NCBI GenBank assembly: GCA_038087875.1 | Contig: JAXLNO010000557.1 | Location: forward strand, 1 to 34,728 | Direction: 5' to 3' | DNA length: 34,728 nt | From: Malacoraja senta | Lineage: Eukaryota | In this document: one piece after another, positions 22,760 through 33,021 of the stretch | Layout of the letters: every line of letters begins with the position of its first letter | Numbering within the stretch: position 1 is the first letter of the stretch | Notes under the pieces: model-generated | Told to the model about the DNA's origin: nothing | Database searches by the model: none | What the model saw: the letters and a program-made list of their open reading frames with translations, nothing else | Program-made: the position numbers and the translations under genes

Positions 22760-22920
22760 GACTCCTCTCTCTTTCTCCTCTTCTCTCCCTTTCTCTCTCC
22801 CTCCCTCTGCCTTTCTCCCTCCCTCTTTCCCTCCCTCACCTTCCCACCTTCCCTCCTGCCCTCCCTCTATCTCTCCCCCTCTCTCTCTCTCCTTCTCTCT
22901 CTCTCTCACCCTCTCTTTCA
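22760..22920. repeat. CT-rich simple repeat
   Basis: (CT)n/(CCCT)n polypyrimidine tract. Confidence 0.9.
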
Positions 22921-23000
22921 TTCATCTTCATTTAACTCTTTCTAAAGTTACCAAACAACCTTTAGTTTTGATGACTTGACTTCCTGAACAAGTTTCTTAC

Positions 23001-23090
23001 CATCTGGTCAAAAAGTGCCCAAAACATTGGAAGAGGGAGATAAAGAAACAGGACTCGCGTGACCATCTTAATCTCCTTGATAACATGTTC
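23001..23090 (-). CDS. slc15a2: slc15a2 exon ~10 (90 nt, TM7)
   Basis: tctcacag|EHVIKEIKMVTRVLFLYLPLPMFWALFDQM|gtaaga. Confidence 0.96.
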
Positions 23091-23212
23091 CTGTGAGACA
23101 AAGAATTCTATCAAATAAATACTTTTTTAGAAATTAGATATAATATCTTATGATTTAACAAAAAATTCAATCAAATTACTCAATAAAATTCAATAGAAGA
23201 GTTTCACGTAAC

Positions 23213-23299
23213 TGGATATTTTTCAGTTGCCCAGTCAAGCCAATGTTCCCTTTTCGCATAGGCACTCGAACGATGTTTCCAACGATTTCTGATTGCAAA
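23213..23299 (-). CDS. slc15a2: slc15a2 exon ~9 (87 nt)
   Basis: ttcttgtag|FAIRNRWKHRSSAYAKREHWLDWATEKYP|gttacg; conserved KRxHWLDWAxEKY motif; donor is weak. Confidence 0.93.
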
Positions 23300-23329
23300 C
23301 TACAAGAAAGGACATTTATTTTAACCAAG

Positions 23330-24503
23330 GTGGACAAAAATGCTGGAGAAACTCAGCGGGTGAGGCAGCATCTATGGAGTGAAGGAAATAGGTGATGTTT
23401 CGGGTCGAGACCCTTCTTCAGACTGATGTGAGGGTGGGGGGGGGGGCGGGAAGAAGAAAGGAAGAGGCAGAGACAGTGGGCTGAGGGAGCTGGGAAAGGG
23501 AGGGGAAAGAAGGAGAAAGCAGGGACTACCTGAAATTGGAGGTCAAGGTTCATACCACTGGGGGGTAAACTAACCAAGCGAAATATGAAGTGCTGCTCCT
23601 CCAATTTGCGGTGGGCCTCACTCCGGCCATGGAGGAGGCCCAGGACAGAAAGGTTGGATTCGGAATGGGAGGGGGAGTTGAAGTGCTGAGCCACCAGGAG
23701 ATCAGGTTGTTTATTGCGAACCGAGCGGAGGTGTTGTGCGAAGCGATCGCCGAGCCTGCGCTTGGTCTCACCGATGTAGAGCAGCTGACACCTAGAGGAG
23801 CGGATGCAATAGTTGAGGTTAAAGGCAGATGAACCTCTGCCGCTCCTGGAAAGACTGCTTGGGTCCTTGAATGGAGTCAAGGGGGGAGGTAAAGCGACAA
23901 GTGTAGCATTTCCTGCGGTTGCAAGGGAAAGTGCCAGGAGAGGGGGTAGTTTGGGTGGGAAGAGACGAATTGACCAGGGAGTTACGGAGGGAGTGGTCTC
24001 TGTGGAAAGCTGAACGGGGAGGGGATGGGAAGATGTGGCCAGTGGTGGAATCCCGTTGGATGTAGCAAAAATGTCGGAGGATTATTTGTTGTATGTGACG
24101 GCTGGTAGGTTGGAAGGTGAGGACAAGGGGGACTCTGCCCTTGTTACGAGTGGGGGGATGGGGAGTGAGAGCAGAGTTGCAGGGTATAGAAGAGACCCTG
24201 GTGAGAGACTCATCTATATTAGAAGAGGGGAACTCCCGTTCCCTGAAGAATGAGGTGCCCTGGTTTGGAACACCTCATCCTGGGTGCAGACGCGGCGCAG
24301 ACGGAGGAATTGGGAGTTGGGGATGGATTCCTTACAGGGTGGGAAGAAGTGTAGTCCAGATAGCCATGGGAGTCAGTGGGTTTATAGTAGATGTCGGTCA
24401 GTAGTCTGTCACCTGCGATGGAGATAGTGAGATCTAAAAACGTTTGGGAGATGTCGGAAATGGTCCAGGTGTATTTGAATGCCAGATGGAAGTTAGTGGT
24501 GAA
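23330..24503 (-). mobile_element. Penelope-like retroelement, 5'-truncated (RT C-terminus, GIY-YIG endonuclease, pLTR)
   Basis: FLDLTISI..TDIYYKPTDSHGYLDYTSSHP (RT thumb region); YCIRSSRCQLLYIGETKRRLGDRFAQH..VAQHF..RKLEEQHFIFRL (GIY-YIG); frameshifted. Confidence 0.93.
23394..23421 (-). ncRNA. Minimal type-I hammerhead ribozyme core in the Penelope pLTR (putative)
   Basis: CTGAAGA-A-GGGTC-TC-GACCC-GAAA-CATC: CUGANGA and GAAA boxes around helix II; very short helices I and III, as described for PLE hammerheads. Confidence 0.6.
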
Positions 24504-24568
24504 ATCAATTTCACCAGTTAGTAATTGATCCTGCATTTCAAGACTTGAAATTTACCTGCACTTCAGAC

Positions 24569-25205
24569 TGGTCCGAGAACACTGATGCAATCATAAAGAA
24601 AGCATATCAGCGCCTCTACTTCCTGAGAAGATTACAGAGAGCCGGTTTGTCAAGGAGGACTCTCTCTAACTTCTACAGGTGCACAGTAGAGAGCATGCTG
24701 ACTGGTTGCATCGTGGCTTGGTTAGGAAACTTGAGCGCCCTGGAGCAGAAAAGACTACAAAAAGTAGTAAACACTGCCCAGTCCATCATCGGCTCTGACC
24801 TCCCTTCCATCGAGGGGATCTATCACAGTCGCTGCCTCAAAAAGGCTGGCAGCATCATCAAGGACCCACACCATCCGGGCCATACACTCATCTCCCCACT
24901 ACCTTCAGGTGGAAGGTACAGGAGCCTGAAGACTGCAACGACCAGGTTCAGGAACAGCTACTTCCCCACAGCCATCAGGCTATTAAACTCGGCTCGGTAA
25001 AAACTCTGAACGTTAATAGCCAATAATCTGTTTATTTGCACGTTATCAGTTTAATTATTCATGTGTGTATATATTTATGCAATGGTATATGGACACACTG
25101 ATCTGTTCAGTATTCGTGCCTACTATGTTCTGTTGTGCTAAAGCAAAGCAAGAAGTTAATTGTCCTACCAGGGACACATGACAATAAAACTCTCTTGAAC
25201 TCTTG
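24569..25205 (+). mobile_element. Rex1/Babar-like LINE 3' fragment
   Basis: WSENTDAIIKKAYQRLYFLRRL..FYRCTVESMLTGCIVAW..DPHHPGH..LPSGGRYRS; AATAAA and (CTCTTGAA)n tail. Confidence 0.9.
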
Positions 25206-25281
25206 ATTAGAAAGGTCCCGACCCAAAACGTTGCCTGTCTATGTTCTCCAGATGCCGCCTAACCTCGTTGAGCTTAGTTTT

Positions 25282-25523
25282 GTTTTATTATTTTAGTTTT
25301 AAGGGCCTGTCCAACTTACGCGATTTTTTTCGACGACTTGCCGGCACCCGTCATAGTCGCAGCAGGTTGCCGAAAATTTTCAACGTATTGAAAATCCAGT
25401 GGCTACCAGAAAAAGGTACGAATCTTTGGGCGCCTACTCATGACCATACAGGCGTCACCTGCTGCGACTATGATGCGTGACCAGCAAGTCGCCGAAAAAA
25501 ATTGCGTAAGTGGGACAGGCCCT
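25282..25523. mobile_element. PIF/Harbinger-like MITE, related subfamily
   Basis: TTA|AGGGCCTGTCCAACTTACGCG...CGTAAGTGGGACAGGCCCT|TTG; same termini, different interior. Confidence 0.78.
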
Positions 25524-25524
25524 T

Positions 25525-25952
25525 TGGAGATGGAAACAGCATGGAAACAAGCCCACCGGCCCATTGAGCCCGCACCGACTAGTGATCCCTCCAGATAAAC
25601 ACTATCCTACACCAGGGAAAATGGTTACAATTACACCAAGCCAATTAATCCACAAACCTGTATGACTTTGGAGTGCGGGAGGAAACCAACGTTTTCGGAG
25701 AAAACCCACGCAGGTCACGCGGAGAACGTACAAGCTCTTAAAGATAGCGGAGTCAGGGGATTATGGTGAGAAGGCAGGAACGGGGTACTGAATGTGGATG
25801 ATCAGCCATGATCACAGTGAATGGCGATGCTGGAAGGGCCGAATGGCCTACTCCTGCACCTATTGTCTAAACTCCGTACAGACAACACCCGTAGTCGGGA
25901 ATGAACCCGGGTCTACGCCGCTGGAATACAGCAAATCTACGCCGCTGTGCTG
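25525..25952 (-). mobile_element. HE1-like V-SINE interrupted by a plus-strand CR1 tail (about 25734-25868)
   Basis: SINE gagaacgtacaa..aaactccgtacag is split by a CR1 3' UTR. Confidence 0.8.
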
Positions 25953-26254
25953 CCCAATTAGAAATTGACCCTGCATTTCAAGACTTGAAATTAACCTACA
26001 TTTCAGACTAAATAGAAGGGTCCCGACCCGAAACGTTGCATGTCCATGTTCTCCAGATGCTGCCGAACCTGTTGAGTTACTCCAATGCTTTGTGTCCTTT
26101 TTTGTAAACCAGCATCTGTTGTTCCTTGTTTCTATATTAAATCCATGACCCGTGGTTACCCACTGATCTTCCTATCTCCAATATCACAACTCCTCCTAAT
26201 TTTCAATACCTTTCTTTAAAAGTCCCTTCCATTGACTTTATTTACACTTCATGC

Positions 26255-26990
26255 TGACTCGGCAAGACCAGCAACGTAATCAAGGACGAGTCGCACCCTG
26301 GCCACTCCATCTTCTCCCCTCTACCAAGAAGCAAAATGTATAGAAGTGTGAAAACGCACACCTCCAGGTTCAGGGACATCTGTCATTTACACTCCTTACT
26401 CTTCCATTTCTCTGTGTCTCCCTCTCCCCTGACTCTCAGTATGAAGAAGGGTCTCGACCCGAAACATCACCCATTCCTTCTCTCTGGAGATGCTGCCTGT
26501 CTCGCTGAGTTACTCCAGCATTTTGTGTCTATCTCCAGTGTAAACCAGCATCTGCAGTTCCTTCCTACACAATTGACACTAGACAATAGGTGCAGGAGTA
26601 GGCCATTTGGCCCTGCGAACCAACACCGCCATTCAATGCGATTATGGCTGATCATCCACAATCATTACCCCGTTCCTGCCTTCTTCCCATATCCCCTGAC
26701 TCTGCTATCTTTAAGAGACCTATCTAGCTCTCTCTTGAAAGTATCCAGAGAACTGGCCTCCACCGCCCTCTGAGGCAGAGAATTCCACAGACTCACAACT
26801 CTCTGTGTCAGTTTCTTCCCAGCTGTTATCAGGCAACTGAACCATCCTACCAACAACTAGAGAGCAGTCCTGTACACTGTAAATGGCCCGATGGTAATCT
26901 TCAATTGTCTTTCCACTGACTGGTTAGCACGCAACAAAAGCTTGTCACTAACCCTCGATACATGTGACGATAAACTAAACTCAACTCAAC
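26255..26990. mobile_element. Rex1/Babar-like 3' fragment with nested pLTR repeat (26380-26572) and CR1 tail (26578-26808)
   Basis: SHPGHSIFSPLP..YRSVKTHTSRFRD continues after 26808 as agtttcttcccagctgttatcagg (SFFPAVIR). Confidence 0.75.
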
Positions 26991-27259
26991 TTCCAGCCTT
27001 AAGAAGACAATTACGAGACAGCGACTGAGGAAGTATCCAGAGTCCTGGATAACTGATCTGAAAACATGATTTTGAAGCTGGCTAAGATATTTACTTCATG
27101 TATTAACTAAAATCTAGGGAGAATACGGGCAACACAGTGCCGAAGCAGGTAGAGCCACTGCCTCACTGCACCAGAGACCCGGGTTCGATCCTGATCTCAG
27201 GTTCAGTCTGTGTGGAGTTTGCACATTCTCCTTGTGACCGTGTGGGTTTCCTCCCACAT

Positions 27260-27570
27260 TGAGTCATGGAGTGATACAGTGTGGAAACAGGCCCTTCAGC
27301 ACAACTTGCCCACAACGGCCAACAATGTCCCAGCTACACGAGTCCCACCAGCCTGCTCTTGGACCATATCCCTCCAAACCTGTCCTATCCATGTATCTGT
27401 CTAACTGTTTCTTAAACATTGGGATAGTCGCGGCCTCAACTACCTTCTCTGGCAGCTTGTTCCAAACACCCACCACCCTTTGTGTGAAAAAGCTACCCCT
27501 CAGATTCCTATTAAATCTTTTCCCCTTCACCTTTAGACTATGTCCTCTGGTCCTCAATTCCCCCACACTG
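27260..27570 (-). mobile_element. CR1/HER1-like 3' fragment
   Basis: RTRGHSLKVKGKRFNRNLRGSFFTQRVVGVWNKLP; tail gggcctgtttccacactgtat shared with the SINE. Confidence 0.88.
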
Positions 27571-27656
27571 TATTAGTTCATCAGAATAGGAGCAGAATTA
27601 GGCCCAACGGCCCATGAAGTCTACCCTGCCATTCAATCATGGCTGATCTATCTCTC

Positions 27657-28113
27657 CGTGGCGCTGTGGTAGAGTTGCTGCCTTACAGCGACTGCAGCGC
27701 CAGGGGCCCGGGCTCGATCCCGACTACGGGTGCTGTCTGTATGGAGTTTGTACGTTCTCCCTGGATAGAATAGGTTGTTGCACAGCTTCAATCTGGAGCT
27801 AGAGAACGAGGGCGGCACCGTGGTAGAGCTACTGCCTTGCAGTGCCAGAGACCTGGGTTCGATCCTGTCTACAGGTGTTGTCGGTCCGGAGTTTGTACGT
27901 TCTCCCCGTGGCCTGCGTGGGTTTTCTCTAAGATCTTCGGTTTCCTCCGACACTCCAAAGACGTACAGGTTTGTAGGTTAATTGGCTTGGTAAATGTAAA
28001 AATTGTCCGTAGTGGGTGTAGGATAGTGTTAATGTGTGGGGATCGCTGGTTGGCACGGACCCGGTGGGCCAAAAGGGCCTGTTCCCGTGCTGTATCTCTA
28101 AACTAAACTAAAC
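27657..28113 (+). mobile_element. Truncated SINE head, unique spacer, then a full HE1-like SINE
   Basis: SINE 27657-27761, spacer, SINE 27810-28113 with (TAAAC)n tail. Confidence 0.82.
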
Positions 28114-28276
28114 TATTGCGGTGAGGAGGGAGAGACAGATCAGCCATGATTGAATGGCAGAATAGACTTGATGGACCGAATGGCCTAATTCTGCTCCTAT
28201 CACTTTCGATCATGAACACCATACAGAGGAATTAACTAAGGAAGCTTGATCAGTGGGTCAGTTTCTACACACTTAC

Positions 28277-28359
28277 CCCAATACACCTGGAGACACCGAC
28301 CAATATGTTTCCTTGCGGTGGAAGGTTTTTGTACAAACCACTCCCAGATAGGAAGACGG
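28277..28359 (-). CDS. slc15a2: slc15a2 exon ~8 (83 nt)
   Basis: cttttctttag|..|gtaagt; (A)VFLSGSGLYKNLPPQGNILVGVSRCIG, compare VFAMGSKIYNKPPPEGNIVAQVFKCIW; phase 1 to 0. Confidence 0.95.
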
Positions 28360-28545
28360 CTAAAGAAAAGGGCAAAATAATACAATCAAGGCTCACATTT
28401 TCATGGCAATATTTCGCCTGTTCTTCGTCTCCCTCATGAGACGCACCTTTCTTCTGCTTCCACACGGAAATGTGGAGCATCTGGAATATTTGTTCTACGT
28501 GGTGACAATCCTCCCCAAACCCGAAGATCGCGGCAGGAGAATTAA

Positions 28546-29097
28546 GGCGGTGATGGTGGCGCAGCGGTAGAGTTGCTGCCTTACAGCGAATGAAGCGCCA
28601 GAGACCTGGGTTCGATTCCGACTACGGGTGCTGTCTCTATGGAGTTTGTATGTTCTCCCTGGATAGAATAGGTTGTTGCACAGCTTCAATCTGGAGCTAG
28701 AGAACGAGGGCGGCACAGTGGCGTAGCGGTAGAGTTGCTGCCATGTGGAGGTTGTTCGTTCTCCCGGTGACCGGCGTGGGTTTTCTCCGGGATCTCCGGT
28801 TTCCTCCCATACTTCAAAGACGTACAGGCTTGTAGGCTGATTGGCTTTGGTAAAATTGTAAATTGTGTGTGCAGGATAGTGTTATTGTGCAGGGATCGCC
28901 AGGCCCTCTCATAGATGAACTGAGGCCCAGGCCAATTTCAATTTAAGAGGCCCCCAAACCAAGATTCCTTTGAAGCAGACAGGCATGAGGCCCATGCCAA
29001 ATGGCACTCGTTGCCCCCCTCTGATAGGGCCTGGGGGTCGCTGGTTGGAATGGACTTGGTGGGCCGAAGGGCCTGTTTCCGCAGTGTATCTCTAGAC
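28546..29097 (+). mobile_element. Truncated SINE head, same spacer, then an internally deleted HE1-like SINE
   Basis: Same architecture as 27657-28113; contains a hAT MITE. Confidence 0.8.
28900..29033. mobile_element. hAT-type MITE, 134 bp
   Basis: TIR CAGGCCCT(C/A)TCA (11/12 match); 8-bp TSD GGGATCGC/GGGGTCGC; splits the SINE sequence gggatcgctggt. Confidence 0.78.
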
Positions 29098-29435
29098 GAA
29101 CTTACTCAAGGAGAGGACTGATAGGGGAGTCAGCATGGCTTGAAGAGATGACTAGGGGGATGGATAAGTGCAACATTGCAGACGTTGTCTACATGGACTT
29201 GACCAAGGCCTCTGACAAGATCCTACATGGTAGATTAATCTGCAAGGCAAGATCCAGGGTGAGCTAGACAATTGGTTTAGTCAAATTAGTTTAGTGATAA
29301 GAGTCAGAGGGTGGCAGAAGATTATACAAGGAATCGCAAATGCTGATTTACAAAATAAAGGCACATAGTGTTTGGGTAGCTGACATCCCAATGTTGGAGT
29401 CTTTGAACAGCACATTCCTGCACACACAACATCCC

Positions 29436-31925
29436 TTCGTGATGGATTCTTAGAGCAGCTTGTATTGGAGCCTACCAGGGAGAAGGCAATTCTGGATTTA
29501 GTGTTATGTAATGAACCGGATTTGATAAAGGACCTCGAGGTTAATGAGCCATTAGGAGGTAGCAACCATAACATGGTCAGGTTTAATCTACAATTGGAGA
29601 GGGAGAACAGTAGATCGGAGGTGTCAGTGTTGCAGTTGAATAAAGGTGACTATGGGGCCATAAGGGAGGAGCTGGCCAAAGTTGACTGGAAAGATACACT
29701 AGCAGGGATGACAGTGGAACAACAATGGCAGGTGTTTCTAGGAATAATACAGAAGGTGCAGGATCAGTTCATTCCTAGGGGGAAGAAAGATTCCAAGGGG
29801 AGAAAGGGACGACCATGGCTGACAAGGGACGTCAGGGACAGTATAAAAATTAAAGTGAAGTACAACGTAGCAATGATGAGCGGGAAGCAAGAGGATTGGG
29901 TAATGTTTAAAGAACAACAGAAGATAACCAAAAAGACAATACGGGGAGAAAAGATGAGGTACTAATGTAAGCTAGCCAAGAATATAAAGCAGGATAGTAA
30001 AAGCTTCTTTAGGTATGTGAAGAGGAAAAAATTAGTTAAGACCAAAGTTGGACCCTTGAAGACTGAAAAAGGTGAATTTATTATGGGGAACAAGGAAATG
30101 GCAGATGAGTTGAACAGGTAATTTGGATTTGTCTTCACTAAGGAAGACACAAACAATCTTCCTGATATAGTAGTGGCCAGAGGATCTGGGGTGACAGAGG
30201 AACTGAAGGAAATCCACATTAGGCAGGAAATGGTGTTGGATAGACAGATGGGACTGAAGGCTGATAAATCCCCAGGGCCTGATGGTCTGTATCCTAGGGT
30301 ACTTAAGGAAGTGGCTCTAGAAATTGTGGATGCATTGGTGATAATTTTCTAATGTTCTATAGACTCAGGATCAGTTCCTGTGGATTGGAGGGTAACTAAT
30401 GTTATCCTACATTTTAAGAAAGACGGGAGAGAAAAAATGGGGAATTATAGACCAATTAGCCTGACATCGGTGGCGGGGAAGATGCTGGAGTCAATTATAA
30501 AAGATGAGATTGCCAAACATTTGGATAGCAGTAACAGGATCGGTCCGAGTCAGCATGGATTTACGAAGGGGAAATCATGCTTGACTAATCTTCTGGATTT
30601 TTTTGAAGATGTAACTAGGAAAATGCCATGATCATATTGAATGGCGGTGGAGGCTCGAAGGGCCGAATGGCCTACTGCTATTTTCTAGGAAAATGTACAA
30701 GGGAGAGCCAGTGGATGTAGTGTACCTGGACTTTCAGAAAGCATTTGATAAGGTCCCACATAGGAGATTAGTGGGCAAAACTATGGCACATGGTATTGGG
30801 GGTAGAGTGCTGACATGGATAGAGAAGTGGTTGGCAGACAGGAAACAAAGAGTAGGGATTAACGGGTCCCTTTCAGAATGGCAGGCAGTGACTAGTGGGG
30901 TACCGCAAGGCTCGGTGCTGGGACCGCAGCTATTTACAATATACATCATTGATTTGGATGAAGGGATTCAAAGTAACATTAGCAGATTTGCAGGTTACAC
31001 AAAGCTAAGTGGCAGTGTGAACTGTGAGGACGATGCTATGAGAATGCAGGGTGAATTGGACAGGTTGGGGGAGTGGGCAGATGCATGGCGGATGAAGCTT
31101 AATGCGGATAAATGTGAGGTTATCCACTCTGGTAGCAAAAACAGGAAGGCAGATTACTATCTAAATGTCGTCAAGTTGGGAAAAGGGGAAGTACAACGGG
31201 ATCTGGGGGTCCTTGTACATCAGTCTATGAAAGTAAGCATGCAGGTACAGCAGGCAGTGAAGAAAGTGAATGGCATGTTGGCCTTTATAACAAGAGGAAT
31301 CGAATATAGGAGCAAAGAGGTCCTTCTGTAGTTGTACAGAGCCCTAGTGAGACCACACCTGGAGTATTGTGTGCAGTTTTGTTTCCCTAATTTGAGGGAG
31401 GACATTCTTGCTATTGAGGGAGTGCAGCGTAGGTGTACAAGGTTAATTCCCGGGATGGCGGGACTGTCATATGCTGAGAGAATGGAGCAGCTGGGCTCGT
31501 ACACTCTGGAGTTTGAAGGATGAGAGGATATCTCATTGAAACATATAAGATTGTTAAGGGCTTGGAAACACTAGAGGCAGGAAACATGTTCCCAATGTTT
31601 GGGGAGTCCAGAACCAGCGGCCACAGTTTAAGAATAAGGCGTATGCCATTTAGAACGGAGACGAGGAAACACTTTTTTTTCACTGAGAGTGGTGAGTCTG
31701 TGGAATTCTCTGCCTCAGAGGGCGGTGGAGGCAGGTTCTCTGGATGCTTTCAAGAGAGAGCTAGATAGGGCTCCTAAAAATAGCAGAGTCAGGGGATATG
31801 GGGAGAAGGCAGGAACGGGGTACTGATTGGGGATGATCAGCCATGATCCCATTGAATGGCGGTGCTGGCTCGAAGGGCCGAAGGGCCAAATGGCCTACTC
31901 CTGCACCTATTGTCTATTATCTATT
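29436..31925 (+). mobile_element. 5'-truncated CR1 LINE, ORF2 (EN end, RT, C-terminus) with stops and frameshifts
   Basis: EPTREKAILDLVL..LGGSNH, NYRPISLTS, YLDFQKAFDKV, GVPQGSVLGP; catalytic FADD mutated to FAGY; 3' UTR and tail. Confidence 0.95.
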
Positions 31926-32339
31926 GGTATGAACATTGAATAAAATCATAGAATCTTACAGCATGGAAACAGGCCCTTTGGCCCAACTTGTCCACACTGG
32001 CCAGTATGTCCCGCCCACACTAGTCCCACCAGTTTGCAATTGGCCCGTGTCCCTCTAAATCTGTCCTAATCCCTCCAGTTTTATGTAATTACATAACGCT
32101 CCCATCTGCTTTCTTTCTCCAGGAGAATGGGGTTAGGAGGGAGAGATAGATCAGGAGTGATTGAATGGCGGAGTAGACTTGATGGGCCGAATGGCCTAAT
32201 TCTAGTCCTATCACTTATGATCTTATGACCCTTTATTGTCACGTGTACCGAGGTACAGCGAAACGCTTTGTTTTACGTACAACTTGGGCAGTACACATGT
32301 CAAAGTTACAAAGTACCGTATGTTGTCCGTGCACCCCAC

Positions 32340-32472
32340 TGTCTGTCCCCACCCCCGTGTCCCCCACCCTTCTCGGCGGCCCCAACCCGCCAGGCCCCAA
32401 CCCGCTGGGCCCCCCCCCCTTTGTTCTGTTCCTTCTCAGCGATCCCCCCGCCCTGCCCCCCCCACGCCCCAC
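32340..32472. repeat. C-rich low-complexity tract (G-rich on the gene's sense strand)
   Basis: Many C-runs. Confidence 0.7.
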
Positions 32473-33021
32473 TGTTGAGGCCAAGGGCCCTGTGTCCGCG
32501 CTGTACAACTTTGTCATCACAAGGAACTGCAGACGCAGGTTTACACCAAAGAAAGACACAAAGGGCTGGAGTAACCCGGCGGAATTTGTAACGATGTAAG
32601 CGCCCTTTATGGGGCGGATATTTGCATACCTTGGGAGTGCAAGCAAAGAAATTCACCGTGAGTTGTCATGTGTGACAATATAGTATTCAATTCACTTCAT
32701 AAGGTCAGAAGAAATAGGAGCAGAATTAGGCCATTTGGCCCATCAAGTCCACTCTGCCATTCAATCATGGCTGATCCATCTCTCCCTCCTCACCCCATTC
32801 TCCTGCCTTCTCCCCACAACCCCTGCTACTCCCAGATCTCTCCTCCTCCTCCTCGGACCCTGCCATTTACTGTGACGATCCTGCTATGGTTTGATTCCCC
32901 CAAAATACAACATCCAATTGAATTTCACAAATCCAGGGTGAGGAGTGGATGCCTCCAGCGGCGATGAGTACAGAACGTTAGCAAGGGAAACATGCTGAAG
33001 TTCATCTTTATTTTTGCTTAC

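Noticed and set aside
8440..28630. tRNA genes (A/B boxes, GGTTCGATCC)
   Set aside because: Every case is a SINE head followed by the V-domain; none forms a complete standalone cloverleaf.
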